From Ionaspis alba (lineage: Eukaryota), in assembly GCA_964255285.1 (NCBI GenBank), contig CAXUUL010000056.1, positions 1-42,620 on the forward strand: a stretch of DNA of 42,620 nt, read 5' to 3'. This document shows, in pieces, positions 1-9,067 of the stretch. The notes under the pieces are model-generated. The model had not been told where the DNA came from and made no database searches. It saw only the letters and a program-made list of their open reading frames with translations. The translations under genes and the position numbers were made by a program. How positions within the stretch are numbered: position 1 is the first letter of the stretch; each line of letters begins with the position of its first letter.

Positions 1-142
1 CTACCAGAAAGCACAACCGACTGGAAGAAGTGGACTACTTATACTAAACTCTACTAAGAGATCTAAACACTGAGAACGTTACTCCTTTTATCAACATATC
101 ACAACCTACTACTCTACCGTATACCCTGCTATACAACCAATC

Positions 143-1329
143 ATGGACCGAAATAGGGTTCCTCAAAGTCCGTTTGCCTCCATACTCAACTTTCGTGACG
201 TTGGCCAGACCATCAATCTATTGACTGGTCATGCGTATGGCGGTCTTGGTCTTCGAAACAAATCACACACTGATTATATGCAGGATACTAACTGAACGGA
301 TGTTGTTTAGAAGTGCGAGAGTAAGCAGTCTGGCATGCTGTCGAGCAAAGTCATTTTTCCATGTTGTTTATACCTAGTGCAGCCAGATGAAGTTTCTGCA
401 TCCGAAAAAGCCTTCCTCAAGTCCAAATATAATATACGTTCTGTCATTGACCTTCGCTCCAAGTACTCATCTCTTGTTACCAATCTTACTGTCATACTGT
501 GGTCTTCTTAACACACTTCATAGGTCTGAGCATATCGCCCAAGCTCAAAAGTACTCGTCAAGTCCCTCACCTAATATGGCTACAACCACTCTGGCTACTC
601 GAATGTCTGGCACTACCTATCATGAGGTTAGTCTGAATGGTGGAGCATTTGAGCGAGCTATGCTGTGGAGATTGAGCTGGACCAGTATGGCGTAGGTCGT
701 TCCATTCTCTTTTTCAAAAGGCCATGATATCTCGTCTAAAAGCCATCATTCGTGACTGCTGGTTGGATATCTCCAGACGTCCATGCTAGGTGATTCCGAC
801 TAAGAAGTTTATCAGTATGTTGTTCTATTACATGTTCCGTGGTCAAAGATCTCAGGGAATCTCCATCTTTGCTTCGGAAGTAATGCAGCCTCGTGGTTTG
901 GTGGGACTGGCTTGCGATTCTATCGATTACTCCAGCGCCGAGATCCATCAAGTATTCTCTGTTTTGGCTGAGAAGAATAGCTTTCCAGTGCTTGTACATT
1001 GTACCCAAGGTAAAGATCGAACTGGGCTCATCGTGCTTCTTGTCCTACTTCTCTGCGACGTTCCATTACCCGCCATTACACTAGACTACCTTGCATCTGA
1101 GAAAGAGCTAGAGCCAGAAATGAAAGAAAGGATCGCAGAGATGGAATCAATCGGACTTGGTGAGGAATTCGCCAGGTGTCCATCGGATTTTGTTGAGAAA
1201 GTCGTGGCCCATATCCAGGAGAAGTACGGAGGCATAACATCGTATCTTGAACAGGCAGGCATAGACGAGGATATGAGGATAAGGGTACGGGCCAATATAT
1301 TGAAGGCAGAGTCCGGGTACGACAGATGA
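143..1329 (+). CDS. Tyrosine/serine protein phosphatase (Y_phosphatase3-like), 5 exons; introns approx. 235-283, 321-382, 463-523, 692-815
   Basis: Spliced reading gives NFRDVG...LFRSARPD...VIDLRS in the N-terminal half and the catalytic P-loop HCTQGKDRTG, then DYLAS and YGGITSYL in the last exon. GT-AG introns restore the frame. Confidence 0.88.
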
Positions 1330-1982
1330 ACTGGCTGCCATCGTACTGCTCTGAATTACCACAGATAATGCCCCGCCGGAAGTCGACCGCAACGCCTAGC
1401 GTGGTTCACGTGCCTGGTAGGCTGGAGGCGGTGGCCGAGGCTGAACTGGGGTTCCTCCCGGTGGATGCACAAGTGAAAGTAGTGACGAATCAGGTTGTTT
1501 AAGACCGTTGGAATATCTCATCGACCAGTATGTGAGATTGACCAAACCCTCATGTTACGGTAACCGAGGACGAGGGCTGGTGTTAATCGCCAGACCGAGG
1601 CTGCCATTCAAACAAAACGTCATTGGTTGGACGATTCCTTCCTTCTGACGCGTTCTGATCTGCCACTCATTCCATACACGGGACAGGCATAAACTTGTTG
1701 TTGCACCGCGAGCTCGGCCCAGACAGCCCACGGAACAAGGGCATGTTGCATTGCGCGAGTCACGATAATCTTATTTGATAGCTCATACCGATCACCTCCT
1801 CGTCTTCTACAATTTCTGCAATTGAGTGATCGAGCTGGGGAATAATGCTTGCAAGCGATGCACCGAATCTTCCGTGGCCAGATACTCAGCTAATGAGTTA
1901 ACGAGGACGGACATCCCATTGCAGACAACATGGCACATTGACTAGCCATTTCATAATTTATTCCGTCGCTTTCTGATATGCG

Positions 1983-2015
1983 GCATCCGTGTCGCATTCG
2001 TGTCGCATTCGTGTA
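1983..2015. repeat. Short tandem repeat, 11-bp unit (GCATTCGTGTC) x3, imperfect
   Basis: gcatccgtgtc gcattcgtgtc gcattcgtgta read directly from the sequence. Confidence 0.7.
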
Positions 2016-2817
2016 TCAATAGAAGGCTATTGTTATCATCTGAGCCGCTTGGCTGACTCTGCCTCTTCATGTTCACATAAAACAAGAACCAAGCGCTTTC
2101 TGCTTGGTGATCCCTTCCTTTTTCCTTTCTCTTCGGTGCTGCTGCTGCTTCGTTTCCATGTATGACTAGATAGTCTCTATACGTGTTCCAAGGCTATTCA
2201 TACTGAGCAAACTTCGCCTGCGCCTGATAACACGACGCAGTACTATTCTATTCACGAAAAGCCCGCCCTCCTCCATACCCTCCTCGAAGACATCGCAGCG
2301 GTGGACTCCGGTGTGGGGAAATTGTAGCGGATTGCGCTCCATAAGCGGTCTAATACCTCTCCGTGTTTCCGGACGATGTTGTGACGGGTCAATGCTTTCT
2401 GGAGATTTTAGAGAAGGGGAGCGAGCCTAGTGACGAGGGCCTTTATGCTGTGAGGCGGGTCAGGCCGAGATCTCCGTTCGGGGCGGAACATGGTAAGACG
2501 CTTGTCGGGGTGGTTTTGCGGGTGGTAGGGACGGCTTGGTGGGTGGAGAAGGAGGTGAGGAAAGCGAAGGTGCAGTGCGGGTTGAGGGAATTAGGTTGAC
2601 GGCGGGTGACTAAAATTTGAGAGTGTGCTGTCAAGGCTCGTGCAAGAGATACATACGAGAGTGAGACTAAAGCTTGTCGCACGTATTTGAGATCAAGGTA
2701 CGACAAAAGGACTCGACTTATAAGACCAAGTTGATGGCATTGTTTCTAACAGCTGTGTTCTGCGGGCTGCGATGCTTATGCTATTATGAGAAGCGCCTAT
2801 CCACTATGCATGCACGA

Positions 2818-4086
2818 TTATCGTCTACTTTTCCTTTGCCTGCTAACGCTCGAACCAGATGCGCCAGTAGTGACATTGACATTGTACCCCTGACCGCGTG
2901 GGACAACGTCGACCTGAACACCGTGGTCTTCGTCGTCGTCGTCATCGGGATCCTCCTCGCTAGTGCTTTCTCGATGACCGCTTGCCCCGGAATATCTTTG
3001 CCGAGCTAATGCGGGATCAGAAGCGTAGGGATGTGTACCGGACGGTCCCTGTGGTTGGATCGGGTATCCGATATCAGGAGGGCCTGAGGTATTGCGCCGA
3101 GCGCTGGGGGCATATTGACGAGGTAGAGGAGGAAGCGGTGGGGAATATGCTTGGTATTGATGAGGGTCTGGAGGATAAGGAAGGCTCGACGAAGATCTTG
3201 CTCGAGGCTGCCAATCAAGATCGTCTGGCATCGGTCTTGGTGATGATGGTGCTCGACCTGGATAAGAATGTTGCTGCTGTTCGGGCACGGAGAAATATCT
3301 CTTCTGCGGACCACGGTACTGAGCTGATGGAGGACCATGCTGGAGACTATGTGACGATCCTGATCGAGATCCTGGATGGGAGGAAGGGCCATAAGGAGAG
3401 CCATGTGGCGGGGAATAATAGCCTAGCGGCGCGTAGACTGGCTGTCCGTCGGGTCCCGCCACCACAAATCCCGGTGGAGGAGCTTGTATACCAAGACCGG
3501 ATTCTGCACTGTTAGAGTTGAGCGATGACCTGCCTTTCCGTTTCCCGGCTGCTGGTACTAGAGCAGTCTGTGAGCCATTTGAGCGACCACTGCTCCGCCG
3601 CACATCACCTGCTTTCGATATCAATGCCGGTCTTTTGCTCTTTGTCTGATCGTTCTTGATTTTCCTCTCCAGTGCATCTCGTTCCGGACCAGTCAGCTTG
3701 ACGTGCGGTTTTCCCATCATCTGCGCTCGCTGTATTCTCTGCATGGCTCGCTGAACCAAAACTTCTTCCTTCTCTCGTAAAGCTACCTGCATCGCTGCTC
3801 CGCTTGTTGTGCCATCGTCATCGTCGTCATCATTGTCCGAGTCCTCGGAATCCTCCGAGTACTCGTATTTCCGTCTATCCCGCGAAAGGCGACTCAAATC
3901 TGCGCCAGTAAAATGCAATTCATCACTCGTGAACTGACGATCCAGGCCAACGCCTTGCCCATCGTCGTCAGATTCGCTGTCTATTTCCTCAAAACGCCGT
4001 TGTTCTTCCCATTCCCGTTGTTGCCTTTCCCACTCCTTCCTCCTCTTCGCCTGCCGGCCCCCTGATGGTCTTCCCCAAGGGGGCAT
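2818..4086 (-). CDS. Acidic/Pro-Ser-rich hypothetical protein ORF (422 aa from first ATG) starting 26 nt after the YIP3 stop; probably the C-terminal extension of YIP3 made by -1 frameshifting
   Basis: Long intronless ORF in the -1 frame relative to YIP3. The frame stays open upstream through the YIP3 stop as far as a TGA at about 4141-4143. It contains a structured-looking core (MQVALREKEEVLVQRAMQRIQRAQMMGKPHVKLT..ERDALER) and a GVQVDVVP C-terminal motif. Confidence 0.8.
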   Translation of the reverse strand: MPPWGRPSGGRQAKRRKEWERQQREWEEQRRFEEIDSESDDDGQGVGLDRQFTSDELHFTGADLSRLSRDRRKYEYSEDSEDSDNDDDDDDGTTSGAAMQVALREKEEVLVQRAMQRIQRAQMMGKPHVKLTGPERDALERKIKNDQTKSKRPALISKAGDVRRSSGRSNGSQTALVPAAGKRKGRSSLNSNSAESGLGIQAPPPGFVVAGPDGQPVYAPLGYYSPPHGSPYGPSSHPGSRSGSSHSLQHGPPSAQYRGPQKRYFSVPEQQQHSYPGRAPSSPRPMPDDLDWQPRARSSSSLPYPPDPHQYQAYSPPLPPLPRQYAPSARRNTSGPPDIGYPIQPQGPSGTHPYASDPALARQRYSGASGHRESTSEEDPDDDDDEDHGVQVDVVPRGQGYNVNVTTGASGSSVSRQRKSRR

Positions 4087-4134
4087 ATCGTATGGAGTTC
4101 GCGGCCGACCACCTAGACCGCCTCCTCGGAAAAA
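4064..4134 (-). other. Candidate -1 programmed ribosomal frameshift element (slip site U_UUU_UCC, spacer, stem-loop/pseudoknot)
   Basis: Minus strand: TTTTTCC (4134-4128), spacer GAGGAG, stem GCGGUC/GGCCGC (4121-4116 with 4106-4101), and loop GGUGGUC complementary to GACCAUC (4070-4064). Confidence 0.7.
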
Positions 4135-4643
4135 GCTGTATCAATCGGCTTGTCCATAAGGGCGGCGTGACCCAGAATCGTGACGCCTGTGGCACCTACA
4201 AGCCAAAGAGCCGTACTTATCGGTGATGCCCATATGAATAAAGGGACACCGATGACAAACAGCCCTGTGTAAAGTTGTGAAGTTGTGGCTCGGGCAAATC
4301 CCAGTTCCAGATCTCGTCCTTGAAGCTTCTTGATGGCGAACAGACCTACACCAACGAATATGATGTCGAATAAAAGGGTGAGGTTGGTCAGCAAACTGTA
4401 TATACTGAGCATAGCGGTGACGGCGACATAGTTGCTCGAGAAGTAGCCTAGGTTGTAGTTGACTCTGCTCTGTACTTCCCCAAAGCCCGATGGTTTTGAC
4501 AGTCTCTTGAAGTCGAGAAACTCTGATATGGGCTTTAGGTTGGCGAATCTCGTGCCGATCGATTGTGAACGGACTCTCTCCGCGAACCCTCCTAGGTTGA
4601 GCTGGGACGTGAGCGCGTCAAGTGGGATGCTGATTCGCGACAT
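4113..4643 (-). CDS. YIP3: Prenylated Rab acceptor 1 / COPII vesicle protein Yip3 (PRA1 family)
   Basis: 176 aa with the PRA1 hallmarks LKPISEFLDFKRLSKP, RVNYNLGYFSSNY, hydrophobic hairpins and ILGHAALMDKP. Confidence 0.93.
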   Translation of the reverse strand: MSRISIPLDALTSQLNLGGFAERVRSQSIGTRFANLKPISEFLDFKRLSKPSGFGEVQSRVNYNLGYFSSNYVAVTAMLSIYSLLTNLTLLFDIIFVGVGLFAIKKLQGRDLELGFARATTSQLYTGLFVIGVPLFIWASPISTALWLVGATGVTILGHAALMDKPIDTAFSEEAV

Positions 4644-4715
4644 GATGGGAGTCGGTAGGAGAGCTTGATAGACAGATGAGTGAAAGAGCTATCAGGGTAA
4701 AAAAGTTCGAGGCAT

Positions 4716-4814
4716 CTGCTTTGTGCCAAATGTCAGCCTAAAGCTGACAAGTATTTGCGAAAGGGAGGGAAGGGGATACGTAAGAACATGCAGAGTAAGG
4801 TGTGTGGGACTTAC
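4716..4814 (-). other. Putative 5'-UTR intron of YIP3
   Basis: GTAAGT donor at 4814, GCTGAC branch site and CAG acceptor at 4716, all upstream of the YIP3 ATG. Confidence 0.6.
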
Positions 4815-5372
4815 GTACTCCCTTCGAGAGGTAGTACTAGGCAGACGAGCTGGTCCTGCGCATAGAGTGGTGAAATTTATGGTTGAAGAGGAAGGAGAAG
4901 TTTGCAGCCGTGCTGAGAACAGAAAAGTACTCCAGAAATCCAAGCTCAACCAGGGTTAGGTCAAGTCCAAATCCGGAATGGCGGCTTCTTCAGCCGTTTC
5001 TAGAATACGACCATACGGAGAAAAGAGGTAATTGCCGCCGCAAGTGTGTTCTATGCTTTGATAATAATGCCTCTCGTCGCAGTCCAGAGACTTTCAGCGG
5101 AGAACCGGACACAAAACCTGCGGAGAAGTTTTCTTTCCTTTTTAGTGCCGAATATGCAAGTGCCTATGTGAAAGGATTATCTGGCTTGGGTTATAAAGTT
5201 GGTTGGCTAGTTGCCTCATTGGACCACGTCCTCGGATACGGGCTGCACCACACGGCTTAGCTCTACATAAGCTTGCCAGATTTCCTCAAGCATCAGAGTA
5301 GTTTCTTCCCTTCTTAGACCCGAAAATCGAGATTTGGGCATTCATGCATAACTTTCCTTGACAACCAAAGCC

Positions 5373-6680
5373 ATGAAAGCGTCACTATTCTTCGTCTTCC
5401 TCTTCGGAGGTCTGCTGGCGCTGGTCGCTGCTTGGGACGACAAAGGTAAGCAGTGCAGGAATTCCAACTCTGCAGCGTCTGACCTAACGCTTCTTGCCAG
5501 ATCATGAGATTTTCCGGTTGAAGGATGAATTGGAAGCCCACGAGGGAGCTGGTGTCACTTTCTATGGTACGAACTTCCACCCAAGTCCTACAGGAAAACT
5601 CACTGATACTGTACAGATTTTGTGGGCATAAAGCAGGACGCCTCGCAGGAAGACATCAACAAGGCATACAGGAAGAAGTCCAAACTTCTCCATCCCGATA
5701 AAGCCAAACAATCCTTCATCGCCTCGAAGGCAAGACCTACCAAAAAGCCTGGTCAGAAGCCGGGTGTCCATGTTAGCAAAGCACCTTCTGAGAAGGAGAT
5801 CCGCAAAGCACTGCAGGAAGCGAGTGATCGATTTGCTCGACTTGGTCTCATTGCAAGCATCCTGCGCGGATCTGGACGGGAAAGATACGATCACTTCCTC
5901 AACAACGGCTTCCCGAAATGGAGAGGCACAGGCTATTACTATGCTCGATTCCGCCCTGGCCTCGGTTCTACTCTGCTCGGACTGTTTGTCTTCGGCGGTG
6001 GCTTAGCCCACTACGGCGCATTGATACTGAGCTGGAAAAGACAAAGGGAGTTTGTGGAACGCTATATTCGACAGGCAAGGAAAGCGGCTTGGGGCGACGA
6101 ATCAGGAATAATGGCGATTCCTGGTCTGGACGCCGATGGCGGAGTGCCTGCGTCGTCTATCGCCACTGGTGCAGAAGACGAACCTGTCCTGTTAAATCGC
6201 AAGCAGAAACGGCAGCAGGAGCGTGAAAGCAAGAAGGGGAAGGAGAATAAAAGGTCGAGATCTGCAAAGCGTAGTGGGACAAGTACACCACTCGAGTCCA
6301 ACTCCACGGGACCTCAAGGTGCGAAGAAGCGTGTGCAGGCTGAGAACGGGAAGGTACTCCTGGTCGATTCCGTGGGAAACGTTTATTTGGAAGAGGACAA
6401 CGAGGACGGCGTGAGAGAAGAATATCTACTGGACTCCAATGAGATAATCAAGCCTACTTTCCGATCAACCGTGCTTTACCGGCTGCCCGTCTGGGCGTAT
6501 ACAGCAATAAAGAATCGCTTGTTACGCCCAGGCACGGAGAAGGAAGGAAATGCAGTTGTCGACGAGGACGGCTCATCTGGCTCCGAAAATGAAGAGAAAG
6601 CGGCAACTGCGGAGATCATGGCTCCTTCAAATCTGTCTGCAGCGAGTCGGAGGAAGAAGACCGGGAAGATACGACGATAA
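5373..6680 (+). CDS. ERJ5: ER-targeted DnaJ/Hsp40 co-chaperone (Erj5-like); introns 5446-5500 and 5567-5616
   Basis: Signal peptide MKASLFFVFLFGGLLALVAAW, DHEIFRLKDE, J-domain with HPD (LLHPDK), RYDHFLNNGFPKWRGTGYYY and a downstream TM segment. Confidence 0.85.
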
Positions 6681-7076
6681 CAAAAGCTTGAGACATTTTG
6701 GTCCCCTGTTGCTCTTTCTATGTACCATAGATGAAATTATAGACGCACGATTGGATCCACACATACCACACGGAACTCTTCCAGCAAGCCTTGGTTTCCT
6801 GTTCTTCGTGTGCAAGTCATCATACATGCTTAGCAAAAAGCGTGTGGAAGCACGCTGGACGTCACCGATCCATTCGAACAGTGGCTGCAGAAGCGTAGTA
6901 GATCATGCAGTTGTGATTCATGAGGCTTTTGAATGTCTATCCCAAAAATGAAAAGCTTTCATCCAATCCTATCTGCCCAAGGAAAGTCATCGCAATATGT
7001 CCAGAAATACTGCCCACCACATACCTCTAGGACGTATTCTTCATTGCGGTCTCCCGCCTCCTTATTTCCACCATCC

Positions 7077-7619
7077 TCACATAAACATCTTAGCAATATT
7101 CACCACATCCCCCACACCAATCCCTCCCTGTCCTCTCCCACCACCACCAAACGAGCTCCCCCCAGACGAGCTTGACCCACTCCCACCCAGCCCTAGTCCC
7201 GCCGGTAATCTAATCCCCACCGTCCTCAACAGGTTATGTAAAGCGCCCCCGGTAATCAACGGCATGACCACTAACATGACCACCTTCACAGGATGCCTCC
7301 TCGCATAGTCGATTAAATCTCGCAAATACCGCTTGATCTGATGCACCAATCGTGAGATATACCCATCGCGCGGACGACGTTTATAGTACGAGGATGATGA
7401 ATTATGCGGGCGCGAGAAGAAACCCCTGGAAGAGGAGGCGGGGGAGTGCGAGCGCACGAAGTATCCTTTGGTCTCGTTGTTGTGGGAGTGTGAGCGCGCT
7501 GGGGAGTGAGGGCGGACGAAGTAGCCTTTGTTTTCGCCGTGGTGGGAGTGAGAGCGGGCGGGGGAGTGGTTGCGGCGGTGGGAGTCGCCGACGGAGGAGG
7601 AGCCTGCGAACCAGGACAT
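7077..7619 (-). CDS. Hypothetical protein (180 aa; His/Ser-rich repeats, hydrophobic segment HPVKVVMLVVMPLITGGAL, Gly-rich tail)
   Basis: ATG-initiated ORF in good context (aacaATG) with a protein-like RRPRDGYISRL...RRHPVK core. Confidence 0.78.
   Translation of the reverse strand: MSWFAGSSSVGDSHRRNHSPARSHSHHGENKGYFVRPHSPARSHSHNNETKGYFVRSHSPASSSRGFFSRPHNSSSSYYKRRPRDGYISRLVHQIKRYLRDLIDYARRHPVKVVMLVVMPLITGGALHNLLRTVGIRLPAGLGLGGSGSSSSGGSSFGGGGRGQGGIGVGDVVNIAKMFM
7440..7570 (-). repeat. Intragenic 60-bp (20-aa) tandem duplication, about 2.3 copies
   Basis: HSPARSHSHHGENKGYFVRP / HSPARSHSHNNETKGYFVRS / HSPASS. Confidence 0.8.
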
Positions 7620-8027
7620 TGTTGCGGTTCACAGGAGTGTTTTTTCGAGATCGGGAAGTCTTCAGGAAATTAATTGGAGTCAAGTAGAGCCTGATTGCAA
7701 ACTCGATGCTAGGGAGGAGTAGTCGTTAGTACATACACGGAGATTAGAGAGCTCAGCGTTCGAGAGGCTGGGAGGTGACCGAGAGGCACGGCGGTGCTTG
7801 GCAGGGCAGGGGAAGGTAGCTACAGGGCTAGCCCTGACTTTGGAGATTGTTCCTTCTAGCAAGACGAATATCAGTACTTCCGTTCCGCGACCACCAACTT
7901 GATTCCTTCAACCTCAATTTGGCGGTGCAGTGGCTGGCGCCTCCATCATACGTGAAGAAGGTCTAGCCTCACTTCTGCATGTACCGACTGTCGAGTCGCC
8001 CATCAGCTTCTTCACCAAGGTCTCACA

Positions 8028-8687
8028 ATGATCATCCGAACACCATCGAGACGACTTCAACCTTTCCTCCGTTCGTCACATTCCTATCCGGCAATCGCTC
8101 CCCCATCCTCAAATCGCCATCTCCACTCCTCCCTACCTGCGCCTCCAATTCCTTCCCCAACACCTTTCGTCCCCGACCCACCAACCTTCCTCACACTAAT
8201 CGGCCGGCAACTCTCCCAACACGCCGCCAAAATCCCTACCTGGGATGCCCTCTTCTCCCTCAGCTCCTCTCAGCTCCGCGATCTAGGCGTCGAACCTGCC
8301 CGCACACGCCGGTACCTTCTCTGGTGGCGGGACAAGTTTCGCCGCGGCGAGTACGGACCCGGGGGCGATTTGCAAGAAGTTGTTGACGGTGTGGGCGAGG
8401 TGCGTGTACTGGAGACGAATGGGAAGAAGATGGTGGTTAACACGAAGCCGGGCGATGAGGCGAGAGAAGGTATGGGGAAGGTCAAGGGGTTTAAAGTCGA
8501 AGGAGCGGGAACGGTGGTCGGGCCTTGGGCCGAGTTGGTGAAGGGGACGAGAGGGAGGGTGGCGAGGGTTAGGGTTAGGGAGGGAATGTGGGCCGTTGAG
8601 AGAGGGAGGAAGATTCATGGTGGGGAGAGGAGGAGGAAGAATGTGCTGTCGAGGATTGCGGCGAGGGAGAGAGGGACATTGAAGTAG
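8028..8687 (+). CDS. FYV4: Mitochondrial small-subunit ribosomal protein mS41 (IGR-motif protein)
   Basis: Arg/Ser-rich presequence-like N-terminus, FLTLIGR IGR motif, WDALF..SSSQLRDLGVEPARTRRYLLWWRDKFR, and C-terminal GRKIHGGERRR. Confidence 0.88.
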   Translation: MIIRTPSRRLQPFLRSSHSYPAIAPPSSNRHLHSSLPAPPIPSPTPFVPDPPTFLTLIGRQLSQHAAKIPTWDALFSLSSSQLRDLGVEPARTRRYLLWWRDKFRRGEYGPGGDLQEVVDGVGEVRVLETNGKKMVVNTKPGDEAREGMGKVKGFKVEGAGTVVGPWAELVKGTRGRVARVRVREGMWAVERGRKIHGGERRRKNVLSRIAARERGTLK

Positions 8688-9067
8688 GGTAACGGAAGAA
8701 GCGAGGAGAGGGTGCAAGGGTCTTAATGGGAAGCTGTACTGAAGCCGTCATTATACTATGTCTGGTGGCGGCTTTTCAGTGTACTTATGAGATAGAGATC
8801 GATATATAGCCCTAGGTGCTCGATCACAGTCAGGGTCTGTGGTAACTGTATGTATGTATGTATAAAGCAATCCCTGTTCATACTATCATACCAGGGAAGG
8901 TGTCTGCTACTGCGAAATATAGCGTCACACCTTCAATTTTCTCGATCTCTCAACTTGGCGTGATATGTGATACGAGGAAGTATGCGAATCCTCCGTCAAA
9001 GTTTCATTGTAAGTTCTCGGGCACCTCAGCACGAAACTAAGAAGTTTGACCATGTATAAGCATGCCT

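Noticed and set aside
2982..3515. Antisense or alternative-frame ORFs over 100 aa overlapping real genes (e.g. 2982-3515, 15324-15881, 31455-32027)
   Set aside because: No recognisable motifs; expected shadow ORFs in ~50% GC coding sequence.
4087..4115. Simple stop-codon read-through from YIP3 into the downstream ORF
   Set aside because: The 26-nt gap puts the downstream ORF in the -1 frame, so in-frame read-through cannot join them.
4699..4705. U_UUU_UUA-like slippery run in the YIP3 uORF
   Set aside because: No downstream structure or useful alternative frame is evident; likely chance in a pyrimidine-rich leader.
8565..8580. Telomere-like AGGGTTAGGGTTAGGG
   Set aside because: Only about 2.7 units, inside FYV4 where it encodes RVRVR in a G-rich 3' region; not a telomere or telomerase RNA template.
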